Shown here: positions 1-12,949 of the stretch, in pieces
How positions within the stretch are numbered: the first letter of the stretch is position 1
Layout: every line of letters begins with the position of its first letter
Assembly: GCF_009914755.1 (NCBI RefSeq)
Contig: NC_060942.1
Direction: 5' to 3' (one strand)
Length of the DNA stretch: 64,000 bases
Origin: the human T2T-CHM13v2.0 reference genome, Homo sapiens
Notes under the pieces: model-generated
What the model was told of the DNA's origin: nothing
What the model saw: the letters and a program-made list of their open reading frames with translations, nothing else
Database searches by the model: none
Position numbers and translations under genes: made by a program

Positions 1-1
1 G

Positions 2-470
2 GTGGTCTGGTGGGCTTGTGCAGTAGTTAGCCATACTGTTTGTACAGGACCAGCTCCAATTCGCAACAGGATCAAATCTTTATACCGACCCACTTGGCAT
101 TCCTGGAAGTTTGATGTGGCAGGGCTACTCTTGAGCAGGACTGAACCGTCTCCAAGCGTTTTTCTCTAAATGATTGAGATCAGGAGTTTATTTCTGAGAA
201 TGAACAGTCCTATCCAAGATGTATCTACTTAACCCAGAAGCAACATGTATATGAGATCAAAATACAAAGCCATTGCAGTCAGTTTGGGCATGAAGGCAGT
301 TAATCCAAATTTCCAATGCACAGACAAATCATCCCAAGACAGACTGAATTATTCATGGACTTAATGGTTTATGTTTTGTACAGATATCACTTTATTTTTT
401 ATGGTAAGAAGTTTAGTTGCCATGTAAGTATATTGAAAATTAAAATAATTATTTCTGTTTACACGACATG
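2..470 (+). other. Possible 3' end of an unidentified gene or processed pseudogene (open frame, then UTR-like sequence)
   Basis: Frame is open from the window edge for 55 codons (VVWWACAVVSHTVC...WHSWKFDVAGLLLSRTEPSPSVFL) to TAA at 167-169. AT-rich non-repeat sequence follows, with ATTAAA near 438-443. Protein not recognised. Confidence 0.25.
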
Positions 471-1946
471 AAATGAACTGGACCCTCATGTCCTACATCT
501 CTCCCCATTGCTATCTCTTTCATTCATTCATTTATTTACAGTCTCTATCCTCTTGCAGTTTACCACTTGGTGGGGGAAAGCAAGCATTAAGCAGATAAGC
601 ATTTCTTCCTGTGTTGTGGGGCTACGATAAGAGAGATTTAAAGCAAAAAGGCCTGGCCCCTGGCACAGCCGAGTCAAGCTTTCATTTTCCCCCAGCTTGC
701 CAAGATGCGGTCTCTGTTTCTGTCTCCCCACCTGCCAACCGCCCAGGTGGCCCATTGATTTCTGACATGCCGTGATGTAAAATGGCACATCGTGGTATCA
801 TTAGGTGCAATGCTGACAAAGGTAAAAGAAAACCCCTTCTGGCTCATGCTGAGAGTTCCTTCTCTCACACCCACCGCTCACTGTAGCCAGTTCCTGAATT
901 GCATTTACAGCCGGGAGGATGCGGCAGCAAAGACACCCCACGGAGGGAGGAAGAGAAATGAAATTTCTCTCGGACCCATTGATCTCTCCTCTGAGCAATT
1001 TACTAGTCGGGGAGGTGGAGAAGCGGCAGGAGAAGCGCTTAGGGCTGCTCTTTATCTCACTTCTGAGGGCTGGGGACATCCCTAAGTGAATCTGCAACTC
1101 ACTGAGGCCACACTCCCTGCTGACAGTCCCTTGGTGACAAACCCCTGACTTTGCAGGACCAAAACCAAGAAAACAGAGGTAGGCAATAATTTGGAATAGG
1201 AAAGAGCGGGCATTAACAAGCTAGACCTTAAGACATCCCTTAGGTGATTAAGGGGCTAAGCTGGCAGGATGTGTGCAGGTCCCCCTTCTGAAAGCTGTGC
1301 GGGAGCTGGGACTGCTCAGTCAGCTCCGCCTCCAGCTCAGGGAAAAATGCACAATGACTCATCTTCCTCCTAGCCAGGACCAGCAGGCGCCGAGGGAGTG
1401 TCTGCAAGCCTTTCCTCCGCACTGGGCAAAGTGTAGCTTCTCATGATGAAGAAAATCAACCTTCTTTGTGCCAAGAGCGAGTCCTGTGACATTCTTTTGC
1501 CCCAGGGTCTGTACTATGAGGGGAGTCCTGAACCCTGAGTTCAGAATTTTATCCTGCCTACAATCCTATGCGAAAATCTTCAGCCTTGGTATTTAGCATT
1601 CCATAAAATACCAAACCTGAGAGGGAATTTGGGGGTTTTCCCATGATTACCTGAGGGCAGGGCAGACACTGCACAAAGTGTCACTGAGTTCAATAGACTT
1701 CTGTGAGTGATCAGGACTAGATATCACAGAGTGAAAGAGAGGACTTTGACCTTTGACTTTTCCTTGGGTACTCCACCCCAATCTCAGTGCCTTCCCCTCC
1801 TCACTCTTCCCTGGCCTGTGCAAAGGCTCCAGGCTTTTTCTGTGGTTTCCACCACACCCTCCTGGAGCCTGATCTTGGATTTCTCACTTGCAACCCACCA
1901 GGCAACCGTGTAAGGGAAAATCAGCAGTTTCACTGCAGTCTGAGCT

Positions 1947-2191
1947 GGCACAAAATACAGGTCACAAAGACCCTGCTAATAAAACAGGATGTGGTAAAGA
2001 TGCTGGCCAAAGCCCACCAAAACCAAGATGGTGATGAAAGTGACCTCTGGTCACCCTCACTGCCAACCTCCTATCTTATCCTGTGACTTAGAATGCCTAA
2101 TCTCCTGGGAATGCAGTCCAGTAGGTCTCAGCCTTATTTCACCCAGCCCCTATACAAGATGGAGTCACACTGGTTCAAAATGCTTCTGACA
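1947..2191 (-). mobile_element. MER41-family ERV1 LTR, 5' portion only, with internal micro-inversion
   Basis: 2061-2191 reverse-complements to the MER41 start (TGTCAGAAGCATTTTGAACCAG...GATAGGAGGTTGGCA). 1947-2064 is the next consensus segment (GGCACAAAATACAGGTCACAAAGACC...CCTCACTGC) in + orientation. Confidence 0.8.
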
Positions 2192-2249
2192 CAATTAGTA
2201 TCTTTTTTCTTTAGTGCAATCATATCTTCAATATAATCAAATTCAGTTA

Positions 2250-3090
2250 CTTCAACAGATGTTCACTGGGCATCTATTATATGCTAGACTGTGGGATGAC
2301 AGCCATAAACGAGCTGACCTAGTCCTTGCCCTCATGGAACAATTGGTATAGAAGATGAAAGGAGATATGGACAAGGAAACAGAACATTCTAATGCAGTAT
2401 GATAAAGGTGTTGGCATGGGAAGCTGAAAATGCAGAAGGACTTCCGAGCTCCTGAGAGAGGCCAGTGAGCAAGAAGTGATGTCCAAGCTAAAACCAATAA
2501 AATGAGCTGGAGTTAGTTAGCAGGCAGAGGAGATAGGGGAGAAAGGAAGGCGCTGCAGGAAGAAGGAAGAACATGTGCAAAGGATCAGAGGCTGGGCATA
2601 GGATGAGGAACTGCAGAAAGTTTAGGATGGCTGGAGCTTGGATGATGGATGATGGGGGAAACAGGGAAAGATGAGGCTGGATAAATCAGAAGGGTGCAAA
2701 AACAAAGGGTGTTGCAAGCCTGACAGAGGGTTGGGCTTCATCTCTCTTAAGCACACAGAGAAACCAGTGGGAAGTTTTATAATAAGGGAGTGATAGACTC
2801 ACAGCACAGTTTGAGAAAGATCTTTCTTGTTGCAATAGGGAGGTGGAGTTAGCAGTGGGTGGACAAGCAGGGAGATCTGTCTGAAAGCTCCTGCAAAGCT
2901 CCCACCAGGGAGCATCAGAGGGAATGAAGAAAAGAAGGGCCATGGAAAAGCGATTGAGAAGGAAAGTTGATGTTCTCACTGAGACCTGAAATAGGGAACC
3001 CAAGAAAAGAGAATCTGTAGTGAGACAAAGTCTTTCAGTTTTAAGGCTGGATGCTGAAGTACCATGCTCCTTCATCATGCCAGGCACAGA
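2250..3090 (-). mobile_element. L2 LINE 3' fragment
   Basis: Degenerate L2 3' motifs (TCAACAGATGTTCACTGGGCATCTA; GTCCTTGCCCTCATGGA) followed by a purine-rich L2 body. Confidence 0.65.
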
Positions 3091-3664
3091 GGAGATTTCA
3101 CAGACACCAAGCTCCTTGTTGTTGGGTGATGTGTCTTGTTCTCTAAGCACCTGGCACACAATAGGTGGTGAAAAGTGGTTTTAGATGTATTCATGAATGA
3201 ATGCATTAATAAATAAATTTAACACAAGAGTCTCTAACTTCAAAGTTCTTACAGTCTTATCGTAAGACAAGATTATCCTACATCAAACAATTAAAGAACT
3301 GCACAAGATAGAACGTAATTAAGTTCTAAATCATCTAGTTTAGGTTATAAGTGCTGGAGTTTCAGAGAAGGGAAAGATCAATGTGGGCTGGAGGAGTTAA
3401 GAATGGCTTAAATATAATTCCCTGACATTACAGTACCGTGGAAACAACAGTGCTGGGCTTAAAATGAAGAGATGAAAGCCAACACATTGAGCCTTATTTA
3501 CCCAGTGTCGTGCAGCAGACCACCATGATTTTGGGGGACTGAATTAGTAACGTTGGCCTTAGGGGTTAATGCTGTTCAGGTGGACTTATTTGTGTACAAT
3601 TAATAATGGGTTCTGACATAATTAATTCTCATCATATTCTTTTTGTAATGATTTTTTCTATCAG

Positions 3665-3800
3665 CATGAACATTCACGGAACGTAAATTGAACCATTTTA
3701 AAGTATACAATTTGGTGGCATTTAGTACATTTATATTGTTGCGCAACTAACACATTTAGATCCAAAACATTTCCGTCACTTCAAAAGAAAACCTGTTCAT
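3665..3800 (-). mobile_element. Old L1M 3' UTR fragment
   Basis: CCATTTTAAAGTATACAATTTGGTGGCATTTAGTACATT motif typical of L1MB/L1MC 3' ends. Confidence 0.6.
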
Positions 3801-3805
3801 TGTAT

Positions 3806-4012
3806 TCTTTTTTCTTCCTTTTTTTTGAGACAGGGTCTTGCTTTGTTGCCCAGACTAGAGTACAGTGGTGTGATCATGGCTCACAGCAGCCTCGACTTCC
3901 CGTGCTCAAGTGATCTTCCCACCTCAGCCTCTCAAGTAGCTGGGACTACAGGTGTGAACCACTATATCTGGCTAATTTTTGTATTTTTTGTAGACACAGG
4001 CTCTCATCATGT
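3806..4012 (-). mobile_element. AluJ, 5'-truncated
   Basis: Poly-T followed by GAGACAGGGTCTTGC...CTCAAGTGATCTTCCCACCTCAGCC. Confidence 0.85.
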
Positions 4013-4054
4013 GCTCACGCTGGGTGTTCATTGTGTTCTTGAATTAACAATGCA

Positions 4055-4250
4055 ATACAGTAGACTGAAAAGAACACTGGAGTATGGTACCTTAAGTTCT
4101 CCTCTGAGGTCTACAACTGAGTAGTTCAAATTTGACTCTGAGCAGGTCACTAATGATTTTTGCGCCTCAGTTCCATCATTTGTAAAATGGGAGAGTTTGA
4201 CTAAGATGATACCCAAGATCTCTTCTAGCTTTACAACCCTGTAATTCTAA
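4055..4250 (+). mobile_element. MIR/MIR3 SINE
   Basis: Core GCCTCAGTTCCATCATTTGTAAAATGGG. Confidence 0.65.
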
Positions 4251-4846
4251 ATACAGTAGATTTATTGATTGACTGTAATATGCAAAAAAAATGATAGTGC
4301 ATGTGTGTGCGTGTTACAGGGCAGAGATGGGAGGAGGCAGGGACTCCCTGAGACTAAGATGAAACTGAATGATGCATGGGTGAGTGTGGAGTTGAGGGAG
4401 ATTATCTGGTTGGCTACCCCATTTTTTTTTTTTACTTGGATAGGTTGGTGTTTAACTCCTCATTGAACCCTGGTTGAATTCAGCAATTATGAAGTCTTGC
4501 TCCAGAGTTGCCTTGGATACTACCATTAAGCTGTATTTGCATCCTGAATAATTTGATGTGTACTTCCAAGGCTAAATGTTTCTTTTTCTTCCTGCCCCAA
4601 ATCTTTAGTTACAACTTCTGTTCACCAATTTCTTCTTGCACACTTCATGGAAAGAACTTGTTGCCAGTTCTCTAAATAGCCTCAAAAGTGTACATAGGCC
4701 TTATAGTCCGAGAAAATACGTGGAATCTCAAAACTGATAGAGCAATAAGGAAATAATTATGTGCTCGGTCTCCTGGGTTTATAGGGAGACTGCTATAAGG
4801 GAGACTGCTATAGGGAGATTGCCACTATTTGGAATTAGTTCCTTGC

Positions 4847-5364
4847 TATGACGGTTAATTTTATGTGTCCACTTATCTGGGCTAAGGGATGCTCAGATAG
4901 CTGGTAAAACGTTATTTTGGGGTTTGTTTGTGAGGGTGTTCCCAGAAGAGATTAACATTTGAATTGGTTAACTGAGTAAAGAAGATCACTCTCACCAATG
5001 TGGGTGAACATCATCCAATCTGCTGAGAGCCTGAATAGAACAAAACAGTGGGGGAAGAGTGAATCTGCTGTCTTGGCTTGAGGAGAGACATCTGTCTTCT
5101 CCTGCCCTCAAACATGGGTGATCCTGGTCCTTGAGCTCTCAGACAAATACTGGGAGTTATGCCATCAGGCTCCCCCATTCTCAGGCCTTCACACTTAGAC
5201 TGAATTACATCACCTGCTTTCCTTATCAGCTTACAGACAGTGGACTGTGGGATTTCTCAGCCTCCATAATCACGTAAGCCAATTCCTATAATAAAACTCT
5301 TCTTATAGATCTCGTTATATATAGCCTATTGGTTCTGTTTCTCTGGAAAACGCTGACTAATGTG
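4847..5364 (+). mobile_element. MLT2B-like ERVL solo LTR
   Basis: Runs from TATGACGGTTAATTTTATGTGTC to CCTATTGGTTCTGTTTCTCTGGAAAACGCTGACTAAT. 5-bp TSD CTTGC at 4842-4846 and 5365-5369. Confidence 0.88.
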
Positions 5365-5773
5365 CTTGCCAAAATCTGAAGCTCAAGACTGGAGCTCAGG
5401 ATCGGATTGCTTACATACATGCAAAAAGACGCAGAAGACAGACCTAAGATATTGGGCATAGGAGCCACAGGGTAATTGCAAGGATTGTCAAAATCATAAG
5501 GGCAAAATGCACAATGAAAAGACAGAATAAATTCTTATGTAGCTTGTTAATTGGACAGATTCTGGTGTAAGGCTGACTCGGTTTCATTTCCAGTTCATCC
5601 ACTTAATAGCTCAGTGATTTAAGGCAATTTACTTAACCTGGTTGGTGTCAGTCAGCCTAGGCTAAATTGTGCTGCAGTAACAAATAACCCCCAAATCTCA
5701 GTAGCATAAATAAACAAATGAAAGCTTAATTTCCCACTCACAGTCCCCAAGTTTAACTTTAATTAAAAAAAAT

Positions 5774-5856
5774 TTATTGTACTGAAAAATATCAGTGCAA
5801 AAAGGTGCAAAAGTCTTAAGTGAATGAATGATCAAAAATGAATTATCAAAAAGTTA
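5774..5856 (+). repeat. 83-bp direct duplicate of 7385-7466
   Basis: TTATTGTACTGAAAAATATCAGTGC...TCAAAAAGTTA is present twice with 3 differences. Confidence 0.92.
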
Positions 5857-5861
5857 GTATC

Positions 5862-5908
5862 GGCAACAGAGCGAGACTCCGTCACAAAAAAAAAAAAAAA
5901 AAAAAAAA
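5862..5908 (+). mobile_element. Ultra-short Alu (last ~24 nt plus poly-A)
   Basis: GGCAACAGAGCGAGACTCCGTCAC plus A-tail. TSD-like AAAAA(G/C)TTAGTAT at 5848-5860 and 5904-5916. Confidence 0.85.
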
Positions 5909-6149
5909 CTTAGTATATACCAGGCTGAGGAAATAGCCCCTATCTGGGACATGTTGATCTTGTAGCAGAATGAAAAACTAAATGACAGAATCACATAATC
6001 ACATAATGACTCAAAGTTTCTGCTCTGAAGTAGATTACATCACTGCTGCTCATAATTTATTGACCAAAGCAAGTTATGCAGCAAAGCCAGGCATCAGAAA
6101 GGTGGGGAAGCACAGCAAAGGCTTCAGAGCAAGACAAGCTACTACAGAT

Positions 6150-6285
6150 GTATCCTGTTCTTCCATCTGCAAAATGGGAATTATAACAGTATTTGCCTCA
6201 AGTTTGTAATGAGATTCAATTAGATGATATTTGTAATGGGCCTGGCACATGGTAAGTACTAAAAAGATGGTAGCTATTATTATGA
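6150..6285 (+). mobile_element. MIR fragment
   Basis: CATCTGCAAAATGGGAATTATAACAGTA...CCTGGCACATGGTAAG. Confidence 0.7.
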
Positions 6286-7470
6286 TCTTGCCCACATGTA
6301 TCTGTAAATGGTTCCATTAAAATATTTTTATTATGAAAGTAATCATAGAAAAATAGAAAGTACACATAAGCAAAAAGAATTAGAATCACCTTTAGTCTGA
6401 CCATCCAGAGAAAACTATAGTATTTTGAAGTGTATCTTAAGACTTGACACACATACATTACATACACAGATGCATGTTACAGAAATGAAATATTGCACAA
6501 GCTGTGTTATAATCTTTTAAAATTAAACATTACATTGTAAACATCTCCATGATAATAAAAGTATATTCAATTTATCATTTTAGCTTGTTTCATGGTATTA
6601 CATTCTTTATATATATATAAACATCATATATATGATGTTTTCCTTCAAAAACACAATCTACTTACTGTTGGGGATATTTTTATGTTTGATATTGCTTCCA
6701 GCACTCACTCTGGTTAACAGTGGTTTGTTACTTACTTCCATGCATCTTTCCAGACTTGTTTGCTTGGTTTTCTCCTTAGGTTAAAATCTGAGAAGTGGAA
6801 TTTCCGGGTATGCTCCTCTCCAAGACTTCTGATGCAAATCGTCAAAATGTCCTCCGGAAATTCACCTATTTATAAATCTCACCAGCAGGGCAGCTTTCAC
6901 TCAATATGATCATTTTTTTACATTTTTTTCCCTATCTTATAATCCATAGGTGGCAAATGATATTCAATTGCTACTTTAATTGACATTTCTTTGATAACTA
7001 ATGAAGAAGAATTTTGCATAGGTTTATTGGCCACTTCTAGTTTTTCTCTTGTGAGTACAACTAGTTTTCAAATATACATGGGAACTATTGTGATTTTCTT
7101 TAAAAATCACACAAAGTCATTTAAAATATATAGTCACAAATATGAAATTATACCAAGTAATTATTGTGAAAATTGTTAGATTCAAAAATGACATTGTAGT
7201 TATGTAAGAAATTGTCTGTATTCCTAAAGATTCCTGCTGGTGTGTGTAGGGGTGAAGTAATCTGATACATGGATATACCAGAAAAAAAAAAAAAAACAGA
7301 TGAAGCAAACACTGGTAATTGTTGAATCTGAATGAATCTAGATAGAGTTCATTGTACTGGTCTCTCTAACTAAAAAAAAATATATTATTGTACTGAAAAA
7401 TATCAGTGCAAAAAGGTGCAAAAATCTTAAGTGAATGAAGACCAAAAATGAATTATCAAAAAGTTAACTC

Positions 7471-7765
<295 letters not shown>

Positions 7766-8174
7766 GTGAACTCACTATATAACAGTAATCCAGGATAAAA
7801 AATAGAACTTTACTGACATCTCGGGAGCCCCTATCAAACCTCTTGCCCAAAAATAACCATCATAGATTAGTATTGCCCGTTTGAACCTTACATAATGGAA
7901 GTATACAATATGAATTTTTTTGTGTCTGGCTTCTTTCTGTCAACGTAATGTATGGATAAATAAATAAATTTTTTAAAGCTGTCTTTTGATGAGCAGAAGT
8001 TCTAAATTTTAATGTAGTCCAATTTATTAAACTTTTATTTTATAGCTAGTGCTCTTTGCATCCTGTTTAAATAATCATACCTACCCTGAAATCATGAAGC
8101 TATTTTTCTGTGTTATATTCTGGAAGTTTTTTTGTTTCACGTTTAGGCCAATCATCTGTCTGAAATTCACTTCT

Positions 8175-8351
<177 letters not shown>

Positions 8352-9529
8352 TGAAATTCACTTCTTTTGCTTAATGTCAAGATTCAAGTTTTTCCCCTTA
8401 TGGATAGCCTGCACTGTTTATTTTAAAAACCTGTCTTTTTTTCTCTGGCCTGCAGTGCCGTCTTTGTAAAAATGCAGTGTCTGTGTAAGTGTGATTTTGT
8501 TTCTGAACTTCCTCTTCAGTTGCTTTGGTCTATTCGTCTATCCTTTCGCCAGTTACACACTGTCTTCATTCCTGTAGCTTTGTAAGTCTTGATGTCTAGC
8601 AATAAAAGTTTTCCATCTCATTTTTCTTCTTTAAGTGTTCACTCCTACAAGGGATGGTATATATTTGGTTCACCCTTACTTTAAGGGGTTAGCCCACTGG
8701 GTCTCCACTATAAGCATAAAGTGTGTTTAGTAATTTCCATTTCTTTGCTATGCCCTGAACCCCAGATTTCATCCTCCAGCCTTGCACGCTCCACCTACCT
8801 TCTTTGGCTCTGTCATATACTCTTATGGTCAGTCTAGCCCCTCAGTGCCAGGCCCATCTGTCTAGGCTTCCTTCTTCTGCTGGTTCTTGACATCCTGACT
8901 CTTCAAGGCCCTGTTCAAACTGATATATTTTAAGTCATGTCCAGCTTCTCTAGTTCTGAGTGAAAGGTTTAGTCTGAATTATGGCAGAGTACTGCCATTA
9001 CTGAAGGCAAAACTCCCTATCCTGTGGAATGATTAATTATATTTAAAAATATTTATAATAAAATTGAAAGATGTTTAAAACACGAAAGAAAAATGCTCTC
9101 AAATTCACATTACATAGCTTCTGAATTAGTAGATACCAAACATGACCACTCACTAAGGAAGTGCTACGAAAAGGTTTTGCTGCTGGCAGATGTCCTCAGA
9201 CAGGTGATGTCAGAGGCTCACTGGTCTAGAGTAGAGAGCCGCTGAAACCAATTTGGAAGACTGGAGCCACTTCTGGAGGTGGTGCCACCTGCACAGGCAC
9301 TGGCGACATTCAACCAGCCCAGAGAAGTGACGCCACCTACTTAGAACTAAAGAGAGAAAAACCGACTGAATTTTTCACTTGTCAAGGGACTTCTTGGAGC
9401 TGTGTCAGAAGCACCTTATATAGACATGCATGTCACTGTGAGGTCTTTGATGTTCTTATGAGTAGGCTTTGGTATGCAGAAAAGACTATTTCAGGCTTAG
9501 TTTTAGAAATAAGATTTTCAATATCTTAG

Positions 9530-9770
9530 TAACGAATGCCAACATTTAATGAGTGCTTATTATATGGCAGGAACTATTCTAAGAGGTTACACCTATTAAC
9601 TTATTTAGCATGTTGTTAATGTCAGCATTCCCATTTTACAGGTGAGGATGCTGAGGCACAGCCAGGTCAATTTCCCGGTCCAGGATCATACAACAATTAA
9701 ACAGAAATGCTAGGTTTTAAACCCTGGTAGTTTGGCCGCAGCAACCAAGCTCTCAACCACTGTATTCTGT
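9530..9770 (-). mobile_element. MIR SINE
   Basis: CCCATTTTACAGGTGAGGATGCTGAGGCACAG core. Confidence 0.75.
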
Positions 9771-10235
9771 TGTTTCTCCTTAAAGAGCCAAATTTAAACC
9801 AATTTAAGCTTTTACATTCAGCTTATACATTTCATTATTCTTTGTGTAAGTCTACAAAATTGTAACAACCACTTTAAAGGAGACTTTGGTTCATGGATGA
9901 TTCCATGTACAAACTTGGTTAATTAAACTCATTTAAACATTTTAAACTACAGTTATAAATGTAATATGTTCAATTTCCTTTTAAAGTGCTTGTTTGACTG
10001 ACAAAATCCTCCTAAAACTTAAGTTCTTATCAATGTAATATGTTAAACTTATGAATATGATGAACCCTAAAGTCTCCTGTATTCTAACCCTGTAAGTTAA
10101 TTTTGTAAGATTTCCACTTAAAATCACACACTTAAGGAATCACTCAGTTCACACTTTAAACTAATGTCATGAGACTAAACTGTTACTAAGAAGGTAAATT
10201 TTCTTAAACATTACAAACTCAAGATACAAAAATGC

Positions 10236-10445
<210 letters not shown>

Positions 10446-12458
10446 AGATACAAAAATGCACACAATTTCTTTGTGCAAAAATATCAATGTTATCAGTTTG
10501 AATCATTTAAACATCTGTATTTTTAATTTAAAAATTTTCTGGGGTTAAAACATATTTGCACTGTAAGCAAACAATGTTATTCTAAACAAATTTGGGGATT
10601 ACTTTTCTAAATTTTTTTTGTTTTTTCCTTTAGATGAGGTTTCTTAAATGACCAGGAATGTTAATCATAATTTGACCAGATTCTTATCGGCAATTTAGCC
10701 CGCATTTAGGCTAAAGCCACTTTTACTGTCACAACGTCATGATTTTCAAAATTCAAAGAGTGAAATGGTCCTCACACCACCACCCACGCCCCTGTTCCTG
10801 GGTTATGATGTTAGATAATTTTTTAAGTCATACAGTGTCTATTACTTCTCCTCAGGTAGCCACATACTTAATTGGGTTCAATAATCTATTTACCACTCCA
10901 TTCCATTCTAATTTATTTTTTATTCTTCTTCTCTGTTAGGACTATGCAACTTTTATGGATATTAATATAATAACTGATGGAATTTTGCATGTCTCCTGTG
11001 GCTTTGTCTGGCTCTAATTACAACTTCTCCTGGCAATATGCACATACACACACCCCAAGTATTTTTATGGCTACTTAGTGTCATAGACAATCTATTGGTC
11101 AAATTTGAATATCCAAGAGAATCACAAATCTAAACATTTACTTAGGTGTGTTATAAGAGGGATAAATTAGAACATGCACACAATTTAGATGTGAAGGTGC
11201 TGGCTAAACAAACATGCATTTGATTGAAGATTTGAATGAACATTTCAGACCAGCTTGGCCATTACAAATCAGTTGGTGGCACAATGCTCACCTCTATCCC
11301 CATCCCACCCAGAAAACATTTCCTTTTTACTTTAAGACTTTAAAAAACAATGTGAGGGATTCAGAAGTTCTTTCTCTTTCCTCCAGACCCAATACTTAAG
11401 CCCCTTGTACTTGAATTATCAAAAAGCCTCGGTAATTGCTTGAACATGTTAATTTATCCTGCAACCCTGCTGGCTTCATCTGACTGTATTTAAAGGATTT
11501 AAGGGTGACAGGGAACAGCTGGAGAGAGATGTTTTGTCTGTGAATGTGGAGTCTGAGCTCAGAGATCGGTGGGCTGGGACTCAAGTTCGCTTGGAGCATT
11601 GAAATAGAGTGGCTCTCTGCATGCTGGTATTGAGGCTTGCCTTGCTTTTTCTCCTTTCTCTCCTCCCTCCTCCTGGAGCTCAGTTTCTCCCTACCACCCT
11701 CCCTTTTGCTCCCTCACCTATTCTCTCTCAATCCAGAGACTATAACCTTGCCAGAGAGTGGGAGATCGCCACCCCTGCCCCCAAGCTTATTGTTGCTACA
11801 ATTTGAGCCAGGAGCGGCTTGAATGCATGTATTGATAATCACAGCTGGGACTGCATAAGCAAAATAAAACCAGTAAAATACGAGCTAGTGGACAGTCAGA
11901 GACCATGGAAAACCCATCGATTGTTGCTGCAGCTTCTTTCCATACGGCAGAATGAATGCAGAAAAGCTGAGCTCTGGGTAATTCTAGCAAACAATGTGCT
12001 GTAGAGCGTTATTTGTAAGTCCCAAAAATCAAAGTGGAACGCTAGCTCCCCATAGAACATGTTTCGTTAGTGTGGAACAAAGGGCTGTTGCTGGCTGGGT
12101 ACAGCATTTTCCATTTTGCAGCATAGTGAGGGGTGGGGGAGGGGAGCAACAGGTACAATGGAAGCTCAGGGAGGCTGTGCTGACCAAGTCCCTGCATCAG
12201 AGAGGGCTCCAGACAGAGGACAGCCACCCCTTCCTTAGGGTAGGGCCTGTCCTTACGGAGGTCAAAGATGCCAGCTCCGGGACCAACTAGCTGTGGGACC
12301 TTCAGCAGATGCTCATCCCAGGGGCCTCAGTTTCCTTCCTGCTTCAATTGCAGGGTTTTTGTGAGGATAAAATATGACACAGTGATGTAAAAGCATCTGT
12401 TTTGCATGCATTTATATTATTTTAGAGATAAGCCCCGCATCATCATGGGGCAGAAGTA

Positions 12459-12949
12459 TGTATCAGGGACAACCTGGTCAGATCCCCAGGGAAACCGATG
12501 GCATGCTCAATGGGGGAACCAGGAGAGGAGTTCTTACAAAGTATGAATAGGGCAAAGGGAAACCAGAAAAGGATGCCAAACCCCCAGGGTTGGCACAGCA
12601 GAGAGATGTTCCATCCCTGAGAGCTAAAGGAGGAAGCAGGTTGTTAAGTCTTGGAGAAAGCTGCAGCTACAGCTGCAGAAGAGGGCTGTCCCACAAAAGC
12701 TGTGGCCCTTACTAGGAGAACTTGGCTGCCCCAAAGAGTGGCCCATGCAAGGAGGAAGCAGTGGTAAGAGGGTGATTGCCCTGACCTCACTCTTTCCTCC
12801 CACCCTCTGATCTCCTGGCAGAGACTTGCATTGGCCCAACCCAACGGGAGCTAGAGGACAAAGAAGCCCACCCTAGACCTTTAGGTCAGCCTCCCAGGCC
12901 CAGAGCAGCTGAAAAAGGGTAGAGAGTGGTTGTGGAAATGTCTGGCACA
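12459..12949 (-). mobile_element. LTR33-like ERVL solo LTR
   Basis: CTCTGATCTCCTGGC...CATTGGCCCAACCCAAC...AGGTCAGCCTCCC...GGGTAGAGAGTGG...GGCACA resembles the reverse strand of LTR33. Confidence 0.65.

Larger units (their letters stand above)
5646..6110 (-). mobile_element. Old MLT1 (J/K-like) MaLR LTR, interrupted at ~5755-5916
   Basis: GCTGCAGTAACAAATAACCCCCAAATCTCAGT on the left. Resumes with CCAGGCTGAGG...CATCACTGCTGCTCATAATTTATTGACCAAAGCAAGT. Confidence 0.6.

Noticed and set aside
700-1450. CpG-island promoter
   Set aside because: CpGs are only scattered, and the density appears too low for an island.
4781-4823. (ATAGGGAGACTGCT) x ~2.7 short tandem repeat; CRISPR-like array
   Set aside because: Simple slippage duplication with no spacers, in eukaryotic DNA. 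There is no CRISPR array in the window.
10905-11060. Strong plus-strand acceptor at ~10939 as the start of a coding exon
   Set aside because: Stops occur in all frames shortly downstream and there is no convincing donor.
11609-11806. Signal-peptide-like ORF (MALCMLVLRLALLFLLSLL...)
   Set aside because: The hydrophobicity derives from a CT-rich low-complexity tract; there is no other support.
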